This document shows, piece by piece, positions 36,196-45,721 of a stretch of 52,041 nucleotides of DNA; within the stretch, counting starts at the first letter, position 1; each line of letters starts with the position of its first letter. Position numbers and translations under genes: made by a program. The notes under the pieces were generated by a model. That model was not told the DNA's origin. It saw nothing but the letters and a program-made list of their open reading frames with translations, and searched no databases. The stretch is from Halanaerobiales bacterium (GTDB taxonomy: Bacteria > Bacillota > Halanaerobiia > Halanaerobiales > M55B127), in contig DATGCJ010000126.1 of assembly GCA_035312025.1 (NCBI GenBank), positions 1 through 52,041 of the forward strand, given 5' to 3'.

Positions 36196-37509
36196 GTGGA
36201 AAAAACTAATTTAAAACTTTTAAAAAACAAAGATTTCATATTATTATTTTTAGGAGGTTTTATTTCCCGCATAGGTAATGGAATTCATTATATTGCCCTA
36301 GTCTGGTTTGTATTAGATATAACAGGCAGTGGTTCTGCTACCGGCCTGATATTACTTTTATCTACTTTACCCGGTGTAATAATTGGACCATTTAGCGGAG
36401 TTATCGCTGATAAATTTGATAGAAAAAAATTAATAGTATATATGGATATACTGAGAGGTCTCGTGGTACTCTGGCTTGGTTACACCGTTTACATAGGAAC
36501 AGCTAACTTTTTCCACATCGGTTTAGCAACAGTTTTAATAGCAGTCTGTACCTCCTTTTTTAATCCAGCTGTTACCGCTTCAATTCCTAATATCGTGGAT
36601 GACGAGTTATTACAAAAAGCTAATTCGCTTAACCATTTCAGCATTAATTTTACTCAGATAATTGGAGCTGCAGTGGGTGGTATATTAATTGCAATCTTTG
36701 GAATTGCCGGTGTCTTTTTTATAAATGGTATTTCATTTTTGCTTTCAGCTTTCTCAGAAATCTTTATTAATATTCCGGAAGTAAAAATTGAAGAAGAAAT
36801 AGAAAAAGCCCCTACAATTATAAATGAAATCAAGTTTGGATTTAACTTCTTGTGGCAGAAAAAGGAACTTGTATCACTTTTTACAGTAGCATTATTTTTA
36901 AATTTCATCTCAACCGGGTTGATAGTTCTAGGTCTACCCTTTGTTTATAAAGAACTATTGGGAGTAAACAGTCAACTATATGGATATGCCCAATCTATCT
37001 TCCCGGCCGGTGCTGTTATTGGTTCAATAATTTTAAGTCAGATCCCTGAAATTAGAAATTATTTTAAGGTACTCTTCTATTCCCTCAGCTCGCAGAGCAT
37101 GCTGATGATAATAGTAGCGGTTCCTCTATTACCATACTTTTTAGCCAACGCATCTGTAATGACAATTTATTATTCTTTAATGTTAATCTTATTTGTTGTT
37201 GGAATTTTAAATGCAGTAGTCAATGTACCGATAAGTATCTTGTTACAAAGATTAATACCGGACAATTTAAGGGGAAGAATTACTGGACTACTCTCAACCA
37301 TGTCACAGGCTTTAGTACCCATTTCATTGGCCCTAACAGGCTACTTACTTGATCTAGTGCCTGTTTATACATTATTTTTAGGAGCGGGTATAGCTTCTTT
37401 AGGTCTCTCCTTGTATATCGCTAAAATACCCGCTATGCAGAAATTAAATTACAAAGAGGAAAAGGTGGAGCCCAATATGGAGGTTTCTACAAATACACTT
37501 GATGCATAA
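36196..37509 (+). CDS. MFS transporter (12 TM)
   Basis: 437 aa, hydrophobic throughout. The loop motif ADKFDRKKL after TM2 is typical of MFS. GTG start. Confidence 0.85.
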   Translation: MEKTNLKLLKNKDFILLFLGGFISRIGNGIHYIALVWFVLDITGSGSATGLILLLSTLPGVIIGPFSGVIADKFDRKKLIVYMDILRGLVVLWLGYTVYIGTANFFHIGLATVLIAVCTSFFNPAVTASIPNIVDDELLQKANSLNHFSINFTQIIGAAVGGILIAIFGIAGVFFINGISFLLSAFSEIFINIPEVKIEEEIEKAPTIINEIKFGFNFLWQKKELVSLFTVALFLNFISTGLIVLGLPFVYKELLGVNSQLYGYAQSIFPAGAVIGSIILSQIPEIRNYFKVLFYSLSSQSMLMIIVAVPLLPYFLANASVMTIYYSLMLILFVVGILNAVVNVPISILLQRLIPDNLRGRITGLLSTMSQALVPISLALTGYLLDLVPVYTLFLGAGIASLGLSLYIAKIPAMQKLNYKEEKVEPNMEVSTNTLDA

Positions 37510-38530
37510 AAACATTCTGCATGAAGAATAGGGCAATGTAGGCAATTATTAAGGCCATTAAGGGAGTTAAGATCCAGCCTAACCCTATTTTACCCAACAG
37601 CTTATAATTTACGTTTCTCCCTCCTTTTGCCAGTCCAATACCCATCACAGCTCCGACAACAGCTTGTGACCCTGATACAGGCACAAGGGGTAGGGGCGGC
37701 AATCCAAGGGATAATAAGATAGATCTCAGACCCTCTGAGGCAAAAATGAATAAGACGGTAGAACTTGACAGAACTACTATCAGTGAGGCCACCGGGGATA
37801 TTTTAAAAATACTCTTCCCAACGGTGGTCATTACTCTTTTAGAATAGGTAAATACACCGACCGAAATAGAGATCCCCCCTAATAGGAATAAAACCTGAGT
37901 ATCAGAAAGGGTAATAAAACCTATTTTTATTCCTTCTAAGGTTGAGGTTTGTGTAAAAACTCCCATCACATTCGCTATATTATTAGCGCCTAAACTGTAG
38001 GCCCCAAAGGCTCCTACCAATATTAATCCCAATCTGGTATACATATCTATTTTAAATAAATGCAAGCTATAATTATTAACAATATATTGAGCTAATTTAA
38101 AAAACAGCATCGCAAACAGGGCCGATAAAATCGGAGAAAAAACCCAGGTACCAACAATTTTGCTTAAAACACCAAGTTCAGTACTATAACCACTAAATAT
38201 ATTCCAACCAATAATAGCTCCCACTATTGATTGGGTGGTAGAAACAGGCAGTTCATAGTTCGTCATTAAATAAACGGTTAAACCAGCAGCAAGAGCAACT
38301 GTGAAGGCGCCCGGCATTGTATTTACTGCCCCTAATGTTCCCAGGGTTTCAGTAGTTCCAGACCCACTTACCACTGCCCCGATAATAACAAAAACACTGA
38401 TAATAATAGCCGCGGTGGTAAAACGGACCATCTTGGTAGAAACAGCTGTACCAAATAAATTTGCCGCATCGTTTGCTCCTAACGACCAGCCTAGAAATAA
38501 TCCACTGGAAATAAATAATAAAGATACCAT
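37487..38530 (-). CDS. Inorganic phosphate transporter, PiT family
   Basis: PHO4 signature GANDAAN near the N-terminus and a repeated GANNIAN. 347 aa. Paired with a DUF47 gene. Confidence 0.9.
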   Translation of the reverse strand: MVSLLFISSGLFLGWSLGANDAANLFGTAVSTKMVRFTTAAIIISVFVIIGAVVSGSGTTETLGTLGAVNTMPGAFTVALAAGLTVYLMTNYELPVSTTQSIVGAIIGWNIFSGYSTELGVLSKIVGTWVFSPILSALFAMLFFKLAQYIVNNYSLHLFKIDMYTRLGLILVGAFGAYSLGANNIANVMGVFTQTSTLEGIKIGFITLSDTQVLFLLGGISISVGVFTYSKRVMTTVGKSIFKISPVASLIVVLSSSTVLFIFASEGLRSILLSLGLPPLPLVPVSGSQAVVGAVMGIGLAKGGRNVNYKLLGKIGLGWILTPLMALIIAYIALFFMQNVFMHQVYL

Positions 38531-38562
38531 ATGTCTAGATCCTCCCTGCTCTTACAGTATTT

Positions 38563-39216
38563 TTATATAGATCTTTTTATTGCAGCTACAGAAAGTTTTT
38601 CACTAATTTCTTCTGCTAGATCAGAAAAATAAGCAATCCTTTCGGAAAAATGACGCAAGTGTACTTTTTTACAGAAGTCATCTATCTCATCAGTGTTAAA
38701 GACTTTCCTTTTTATCCGTTCCTCTATCTTGTCGGCTTCATGTTCATAAAAGTGAACCTTATTTACATAATCATTCACCATAGAAATTTCTTCAAAATAA
38801 GTCCTTACCCCTTTAACCAGTTCTTCCGAAGAATTAAGAGATTGTTTGGCCAGATCTTTAAATTCTGCTAAAACAAATTCTCTAATCTCAGGTTTTTCAA
38901 TCGAAAACTGCATTAAGACTTTCTTGCAGAGGTCAACCTCATTATCCATATCTTCCAACAATGATAAGACATCGCCCCGTGCTTCCGGAATCAGCATATA
39001 GGTATAGAGTTTATACTTGATATCTTTTAAGATATCATCAGCTCTATTCTCTATACCTAAAATATCTTCTAAATTCTCTTCAAAAAGGTCATAATGACCA
39101 TCAAAATAACGGTTAATATCTCTTTCAAAAATGAGTAAAGCTTCTTCAACTGTGTCCAGATATTCATCAATATCTTTTTGTAATTCTTTGGACTTATTAA
39201 AAACAAACTTTTTCAA
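38563..39216 (-). CDS. DUF47 / TIGR00153 family protein (PhoU-like Pit accessory)
   Basis: 217-aa helical protein with EHEADKIE-type motifs. TTG start after AAGGGGG. Standard partner of PiT genes. Confidence 0.8.
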   Translation of the reverse strand: MKKFVFNKSKELQKDIDEYLDTVEEALLIFERDINRYFDGHYDLFEENLEDILGIENRADDILKDIKYKLYTYMLIPEARGDVLSLLEDMDNEVDLCKKVLMQFSIEKPEIREFVLAEFKDLAKQSLNSSEELVKGVRTYFEEISMVNDYVNKVHFYEHEADKIEERIKRKVFNTDEIDDFCKKVHLRHFSERIAYFSDLAEEISEKLSVAAIKRSI

Positions 39217-39222
39217 TTTTGC

Positions 39223-40188
39223 TTACCCCCTTTTTGCTTTTACCTTTCTATTAAAAATGTTTTGAGGCATATTGATAATCACAATTCCTAAAGAAACCAG
39301 GATCAAAGCCAGGACAGCATTAATATTTATTGTCTCTGAAATAATAAAGAAGGCCGATAAAAACACACCACTGACCGGGACAATAAATTTATATATTGTA
39401 ATATATCCCACCTTGTTAAATTTAATCAGGGTATACCACAAACCAAAGGCAGCGGCTGAAATGAAAGCCAGATAAATTAGAAGCATCCCTGATTTTAGAT
39501 CAAAATTAATTGATCTTAAATCCGCCCCGCTTAAAGCTATCAAAAATAAAGTAACTGAACCAAATAACATTTGATAGGCCGTAATAATCATGATATCTAT
39601 CTCATCAGAAAGATACTTGACATAAAATATGGCAATAGTGCTCATTACCCCGGACATGATAATAAAACCTTCACCTGTAAAGTTAAAGACAAAGTTTAAA
39701 TTTCCTCTGCTTAAATTGATGATAATCACACCTGTAATTCCCAAAAGAAGTCCGAAAGTCTTAACCTTATTCAACTTGTCATCAATATAAATAAAGTGAG
39801 AAGCAATTACCGTAAAAAATATACCGGAAGTCACTAATATAGAAGCCTTAACTCCCGTGGTATTAGCCAGGCCATTATAGAAAAAAGCATACTGGGCAAA
39901 GGTTTGGATCAAACCTAAAGAAATTAAATGTATATAGTTTGCTTTATTCAATTTAAGTCGTCTAATGCCTGATTTGATAACTATAAATAAGATCAACATA
40001 AAAGAGGCCAGCATAAATCTATAGGAAGCAAATAACATCTTATTAAAAGGACCGCTGTTTTCTAATTCTAGTATAGAGTAACTTACCTTTAAAGAGGGAA
40101 AAGCGCTCCCCCATAGTATACAGGCAGCAATTGCTAATAGTACAACAGAATATTTATTTGTAAATATATTGAATTTTTTATTATCCAT
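39223..40188 (-). CDS. DMT superfamily (EamA) transporter
   Basis: 10-TM profile with two EamA repeats. ATG 40188 (GGTGG upstream) is preferred over the track TTG 40209. Confidence 0.8.
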   Translation of the reverse strand: MDNKKFNIFTNKYSVVLLAIAACILWGSAFPSLKVSYSILELENSGPFNKMLFASYRFMLASFMLILFIVIKSGIRRLKLNKANYIHLISLGLIQTFAQYAFFYNGLANTTGVKASILVTSGIFFTVIASHFIYIDDKLNKVKTFGLLLGITGVIIINLSRGNLNFVFNFTGEGFIIMSGVMSTIAIFYVKYLSDEIDIMIITAYQMLFGSVTLFLIALSGADLRSINFDLKSGMLLIYLAFISAAAFGLWYTLIKFNKVGYITIYKFIVPVSGVFLSAFFIISETININAVLALILVSLGIVIINMPQNIFNRKVKAKRG

Positions 40189-40189
40189 C

Positions 40190-41089
40190 TTATGTTTTTC
40201 CACCTGCAATCTTTTCTTTTTGCTTTTGATTAGAATTAATGGCTCTAAATATACCGTATAAAATTAGTACTCCCCCTATCATGGTAGCCGTCGTTAATCT
40301 TTCACCTAGAATGATCATTGCTAACACTGTGGTCATAATCGGTTCTCCCAGGATAGCTAAAGATACGATGGTAGCAGGTACATATCTTATTGACAGATTT
40401 AAAACCGAATGTCCAATAAGGGTCGGCCCGAGAGCTAAAATTAATATATAGATATAATTCATATTACCATAGCCGGTAAAAGAATTACCTGAGAGTAAGA
40501 CAAATATAAATAAGAAGAAGGCCGTATAGGAATATAGAATATAGATATATGGTATATACTTAATCTCTTTTCTAAAACTCCTACCTAAAAATAGGTAACA
40601 GGCCGCTAAAAATGCTGCCAAAATTGCCAACATATCTCCATAGAACCGGGTTAATATTATATAAAGATCAGAAAAACTAATAATTATGCTCCCGATCAGG
40701 GCGAATATCACACCGGCAACTGCCCCTTTGCGGACATCTTCTTTGGCAAATAAGTATTCTAAGAGTAATGTAAATAATGGCTGGATTGCAATAAAGATTA
40801 CGGCATTGGCCACGTTTGTCAGGTGAACGGCCGAGATCCAGGCATAAAAATGTAAGGCCAATACAAAACCAACTAAAGCCGGCCTTATATCAAGAAAAAA
40901 TTTCAAAGAGTCCCTGTATTTAGTAAAGAATACGGGCGTTAAAAATATTGAAGTTAAGAATACTCTATAAAAAGCAATTATTAAGGGTGGAGCAGTGGTA
41001 ACTTTAATAATTATACCTGAAAAAGAAATTATAAAGACTCCAATAGCCAGTATTATATATATTTTTATATCATTTTCTGCTAATTTCAT
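40190..41089 (-). CDS. DMT superfamily (EamA) transporter
   Basis: 299 aa, 10-TM profile. SD AGGAG. The stop lies 1 nt before the next EamA start. Confidence 0.8.
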   Translation of the reverse strand: MKLAENDIKIYIILAIGVFIISFSGIIIKVTTAPPLIIAFYRVFLTSIFLTPVFFTKYRDSLKFFLDIRPALVGFVLALHFYAWISAVHLTNVANAVIFIAIQPLFTLLLEYLFAKEDVRKGAVAGVIFALIGSIIISFSDLYIILTRFYGDMLAILAAFLAACYLFLGRSFRKEIKYIPYIYILYSYTAFFLFIFVLLSGNSFTGYGNMNYIYILILALGPTLIGHSVLNLSIRYVPATIVSLAILGEPIMTTVLAMIILGERLTTATMIGGVLILYGIFRAINSNQKQKEKIAGGKT

Positions 41090-41101
41090 AATATTTAGCT
41101 C

Positions 41102-43438
41102 CTAATTTAGTAAGATATGGTCATTATCCTTATCTAATTTAATTTCTCTGTCCTTGTGTTTAAACTGAATAGAGTCACCTTCTAATAAGTTATATTCAAT
41201 TTCATCTTCTTTTACGTGCACTTTCAGCAAGGCTCCCCTATACTTTATTTTAAATTCATAACCATCCCATTGTTTAGGTAAATACGGTTTAAAAATTAAT
41301 TCACCTTCATAAGTCCTCATCCCGGCAAAACCCTGTACTAATACCATCCAATTACTGCCCATACAGGCTGTGTGTAGTCCCTGATAGGCATTTTCATTAT
41401 AGTCATCTAGATCCAATCTTGCCGTTTGTTTAAAGTAGTCATAAGCATCGTCATGGTAACCTATTTCAGAGGCAATAATACTGTATATAGAAGGAGATAA
41501 GGAGGAATCATGTGTTGTCTTTGGCTCGTAATAATCATAGTTTCTTTTCTTTTGTTCTAAACTAAACTTATCTCCCATAAAAAGCATAAGCAGGATGACA
41601 TCAGCCTGTTTGAGAATCTGGTACTTCCAAATAGTTAAAGGATGCCAGTTTTTAACTAAAGGCAGTTCATCAATGGGGATCGATTCAATATCAATTTCTT
41701 CTTTATAAAGAAAAGAATCATCCTGTGGATTGATACCTAGTTCTTCATTATAGGGTAAAAACATCTTTTCAGCTGACTCTTGCCATTCTCTAATTTCATC
41801 GGGCAACAGGTTAATCGCCTTTTTAATCTTGTTTAATTTATCTCGGTTTTCTTCTTTTAATTCTTGATAGACTTCAACAGCATACTCTAAATTAAATTTG
41901 GCCATATAGTTTGTATAACAGTTATTGTTCACGGCAGGCTTGTATTCATCAGGACCACAAGCCTCGTTGATACAGAACTGACCTTCTTTTAGTTCTTCAT
42001 AGTGGCCTAAACTCAACCACATTCGGGCTGTTTCAAATAATATCTCTGCTCCTTTATTGTACAAGAAATCTTTATCTCCTGTTGCCTGGACATAGTTTTT
42101 GATAGCAAATGCAATATCAGCATTGATATGATACTGGACAGTAGAGCCCAAAAAGTTGCCGGAGGCTTCTTCCCCATTGATCGTTCTCCAAGGATAGAGA
42201 GTTCCTTTTAACTTCATTCTTTCAGCATTATCACGGGCTGAATCCAATATTTCATAGCGATAATTTAATAACTGCTTGGCTATTTCGGGATGACTGTATA
42301 AGAAAAACGGTATTATATAAGTTTCGGTATCCCAAAAATAATGTCCTTCATAGTATTCACCAGTTAAACCTTTGGCCGCAATATTTGTCTTACCATCTTT
42401 ACCGGTAGACTGCAAGATCTGTAAAGCATTAAATCTAAAAGCCTGCTGTAGGGCTTCATCTCCTTCAATTTTTACGTCTGAATACTGCCAGTAATCTTTA
42501 AGATATTCTATCTGACTGGCTTTTATCTCATCAAAGCCCATAGCTTTGGCTCTTTTTGCTGACTGATAACATTGAGCCAATATCTCTTCTTTTTCGATCT
42601 CATCTCTTGAGGTATAAAAGGCTGCATACTTTTCTAATCTATATGTTTTATCCTGCTTAGCATCGATCTCATACACTTCTTTAATATTTTTCCCTTCAAT
42701 ATTTTCCTCGCGTAACAAGAATTTTTCTTCGATTCCCATCAGTTTATTATAGATAGTACTCCCTATTGAAATATCAGAATTTTTAGTAGTTACCATCAGA
42801 TAGGAAAACTGACTATCAATTCCCTTTTGCTCAATTAAAAGAGGGCTTCTATCTCTCAAATGATGAGAATTTTGCACATCACCTATTAAAGAACTCTCGA
42901 TTTTTATTTTACCGTTAAAATTTAAAGGAGTAACCGCGTACTTAATAGTTCCTATATGTTTATGGGCAAGAGAAATAATTCTTTCTATTTCTATATTAAT
43001 CTTTTTACCATTGGGTGAAGTCCACACTAAAGATCTTTTTAATAACCCCTTTTTTAAGTCAAGATATCTTTCATAACCCTCAACTTTACCCTCTAACATA
43101 TTAAACTTCTCATCTTCAATATATAAATTTATTGTTTTCCAGTCCATGAGATTGATCATCGTCTGATAATTTTGAGGTTGTTTGGGTGCAAACTCCCCAT
43201 AAATTATCTCTTCTTCTTCATATATCCCGTTAATATAAAAACCCGGTGTTGTAGAATCGGAGGTTCCTGTATAATCTTCTTCTAAAGTTCCTCGTAAACC
43301 CATATAACCATTTCCCAAAGAAAAGATAGTCTCATTATGATGGTTGTTTTCAACTTCAAATTCTTGTTCAGTAATTCTCCAGGGTTCATAGTCATATAAA
43401 GGTGGTTTTTCGCTTTTTAATCTATGGTAAGTTAACAT
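41102..43438 (-). CDS. Glycoside hydrolase family 65 phosphorylase (kojibiose/maltose/trehalose phosphorylase-like)
   Basis: 778 aa. N-terminal ETIFSLGNGYMGLRG and a catalytic-acid region GEYYEGHYFWDTETY typical of GH65. SD AAGGAGG. Confidence 0.85.
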   Translation of the reverse strand: MLTYHRLKSEKPPLYDYEPWRITEQEFEVENNHHNETIFSLGNGYMGLRGTLEEDYTGTSDSTTPGFYINGIYEEEEIIYGEFAPKQPQNYQTMINLMDWKTINLYIEDEKFNMLEGKVEGYERYLDLKKGLLKRSLVWTSPNGKKINIEIERIISLAHKHIGTIKYAVTPLNFNGKIKIESSLIGDVQNSHHLRDRSPLLIEQKGIDSQFSYLMVTTKNSDISIGSTIYNKLMGIEEKFLLREENIEGKNIKEVYEIDAKQDKTYRLEKYAAFYTSRDEIEKEEILAQCYQSAKRAKAMGFDEIKASQIEYLKDYWQYSDVKIEGDEALQQAFRFNALQILQSTGKDGKTNIAAKGLTGEYYEGHYFWDTETYIIPFFLYSHPEIAKQLLNYRYEILDSARDNAERMKLKGTLYPWRTINGEEASGNFLGSTVQYHINADIAFAIKNYVQATGDKDFLYNKGAEILFETARMWLSLGHYEELKEGQFCINEACGPDEYKPAVNNNCYTNYMAKFNLEYAVEVYQELKEENRDKLNKIKKAINLLPDEIREWQESAEKMFLPYNEELGINPQDDSFLYKEEIDIESIPIDELPLVKNWHPLTIWKYQILKQADVILLMLFMGDKFSLEQKKRNYDYYEPKTTHDSSLSPSIYSIIASEIGYHDDAYDYFKQTARLDLDDYNENAYQGLHTACMGSNWMVLVQGFAGMRTYEGELIFKPYLPKQWDGYEFKIKYRGALLKVHVKEDEIEYNLLEGDSIQFKHKDREIKLDKDNDHILLN

Positions 43439-43455
43439 ATAATAGACCTCCTTAT

Positions 43456-43926
43456 CTACTTATTTTTTAACATATTAATTCCTCGCGGAATCACATCAAT
43501 AATAGAATCTAAGCAGTCTTTAACCAACTTGGGGTCACCCGGCAGATTAATAATCAAGCTTTCTTTATTAATTCCGGCAGTACCTCTAAATATACAGGCA
43601 CTGGGCCTGTATTCAGAGACAATCCGTCTCATCTTTTCCGGAATACCCGGCACCTCTTTTTCAATTACATCTTTAGTAGCTTCTGGTACTAAATCTTTAG
43701 GAGATAGTCCGGTACCTCCACATGTTAAAATTAATTCTGCTTCTCTATTTACACTTAAATCGAATAATTCTTCTTTCGTTTTTTCATATCTATTATCAAT
43801 AGATTTAAAATATACTTTTTCTCCTTCGATTTGAGATGCTAAATTTCTGACGATTTTTCTCGTCTCCTCTTCTTTTTTCTCATTATGTTTACTATCTCTA
43901 ATAGTTAATAGTGCAACTTTTACCAA
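43456..43926 (-). CDS. MogA/MoaB family molybdenum cofactor biosynthesis protein
   Basis: 156-aa MoCF_biosynth domain with the TCGGTGLSPKDLVPEAT motif. TTG start after AAGGGTGA. Confidence 0.8.
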   Translation of the reverse strand: MVKVALLTIRDSKHNEKKEEETRKIVRNLASQIEGEKVYFKSIDNRYEKTKEELFDLSVNREAELILTCGGTGLSPKDLVPEATKDVIEKEVPGIPEKMRRIVSEYRPSACIFRGTAGINKESLIINLPGDPKLVKDCLDSIIDVIPRGINMLKNK

Positions 43927-43949
43927 TTATATTCACCCTTTCAAAAGTA

Positions 43950-44957
43950 TTATCTATTCCATCCACTATTTTTCTGTGAAATTAAGAGATAAGCAAAAAA
44001 TGGTGCACCTAATAAGGCGGTAATGATACTAATTGGTATTTCTGCTCCTGTTAAAGACCTCGCTATATCATCCATTAAAAGTAAAAAACTGGCTCCTAAT
44101 AGGCCAGAAGCTGGTACCATATAGCGGTGATCGGCCCCCACAATAAATCTGGCAATATGAGGTACTACTAATCCCACCCAGCTTACTTGACCAACAGTAG
44201 CCACAGAAGCAGCTACCATTAGGGTACTAAATAAAACCATAACATTTCTAACAAGTTTCACATTAATACCCATCGATATGGCTTCTTCTTCCCCCATTGA
44301 CATCACATTTAAATACCAGCGGATCAATACTAAAATTATTATACCTATAATAATAAAAGGGGCGGCAAACTTGACTTCTTCCCAACCGGTTCGGCTGAAT
44401 CCGCCCATCAGCCAAAAGACTATCCCCGGCAGTTTTTCATATGGGTCAGCCATGTATTTTAAAATTGAAATAAAGGCATTAAATAATGAACCCACCACAA
44501 TCCCGGATAAGACCATCATCATTATCATATTAGTTTTACCTAAATTTGAAATAAAATATGTTAAAAATACCGCTATCACACCAAACACAAATGCTAATAA
44601 ATAAATTGAACTAAAAGATTGGAAGGATAAAATCATACCGAGGGCGGCCCCAAAACTTGCTCCGGCCGAAACACCCAAAATATCAGGTGAAACCAGTGGA
44701 TTTCTAAAAATACTTTGGTAACTGGCCCCTGCTACTGACAGGGCAGCCCCTACACCCATTACCAATAATATACGGGGTAATCTTATGTAATAGAAAACGG
44801 ACTGCTCCATTTCATTTAAATTAAACCCATTGATAAATTTCATGAAGGGTATATTAAATCTCCCTATAAATAAAGAAACGAACATTATCAAAAATGTCAG
44901 AACGGTGATTATTATTAATTTATTTCTATTGTTTTTTCTCTCGTCTAATTGCCGCAT
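43950..44957 (-). CDS. FecCD-family (type II ABC importer) permease
   Basis: 335 aa, about 9-10 TM. LRLPRILL.., SPDILGVSAGASFGAA and GAPFFAYLL are FecCD/BtuC hallmarks. SD AGGTGGGG. Confidence 0.85.
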   Translation of the reverse strand: MRQLDERKNNRNKLIIITVLTFLIMFVSLFIGRFNIPFMKFINGFNLNEMEQSVFYYIRLPRILLVMGVGAALSVAGASYQSIFRNPLVSPDILGVSAGASFGAALGMILSFQSFSSIYLLAFVFGVIAVFLTYFISNLGKTNMIMMMVLSGIVVGSLFNAFISILKYMADPYEKLPGIVFWLMGGFSRTGWEEVKFAAPFIIIGIIILVLIRWYLNVMSMGEEEAISMGINVKLVRNVMVLFSTLMVAASVATVGQVSWVGLVVPHIARFIVGADHRYMVPASGLLGASFLLLMDDIARSLTGAEIPISIITALLGAPFFAYLLISQKNSGWNR

Positions 44958-45016
44958 ACCTTACCCCACCTAAATGTACAATTTCTTTTTTATAGTTTAT
45001 ATTATATCTTTTCTAT

Positions 45017-45721
45017 TTACAAATTTTTTCGCAGTGTATAATGTACTATTTCACGGACATGCAGCTCAAGGCTATCTATAATTCTAACCTCACGCGCAGC
45101 TATAATATCAATTAGGGAAGAGAATTCAGTACAACCTAAAATTATTGCATCTACATCCTGGAACATTAAATTATCGATTATGCTATTGATATAGTATCTC
45201 GAACTAATATTTATATTATTACAGACCAGTTCATTTATTATGATTTCATTTAGTTCATCAATCTCCCGGGGATCAGGGGTTACTACTTTTTGGGCAAACT
45301 CTGTTTCTAACTCATCCTGGTAAAAACCATTATTAATTAAATATTTAGTGGCCAGTAAACCAGGCCTTTTACACCAGGTCTTTTTGAGGTTTTTACCCAC
45401 TACGTCAATTATACTTAAAATAGGGATGTTTATATTATTTTGTATCTCATCTTCAATTTTGTGAATTGTATTGGAAGTTATCACTAAAAAATCAGCGCCG
45501 CCTTCTTCAATTTTATTTGCTTTATTAATCATGATCTCAGCGATAGAATCCCAATCATCTTTTTCAAGTAGTTTAACTATTTGATCAAAATTAATTGAAT
45601 AAATTATTATTTCAGGGTTAATATTATTCTTTCTGATCCGGTTTATATATTTATTTATCCTATTATAATAAAGGGAAGTTGAATACCAACCCATCCCACC
45701 CAAAAGACCTATCTTCTTCAC
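45017..45721 (-). CDS. Asp/Glu/hydantoin racemase superfamily protein (aspartate racemase-like, Ser/Cys dyad)
   Basis: IGLLGGMG..., ADFLVITSNTIH (Ser where canonical members have Cys) and AIILGCTEF. The GTG start overlaps the upstream TGA (GTGA). Confidence 0.75.
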   Translation of the reverse strand: MKKIGLLGGMGWYSTSLYYNRINKYINRIRKNNINPEIIIYSINFDQIVKLLEKDDWDSIAEIMINKANKIEEGGADFLVITSNTIHKIEDEIQNNINIPILSIIDVVGKNLKKTWCKRPGLLATKYLINNGFYQDELETEFAQKVVTPDPREIDELNEIIINELVCNNINISSRYYINSIIDNLMFQDVDAIILGCTEFSSLIDIIAAREVRIIDSLELHVREIVHYTLRKNL

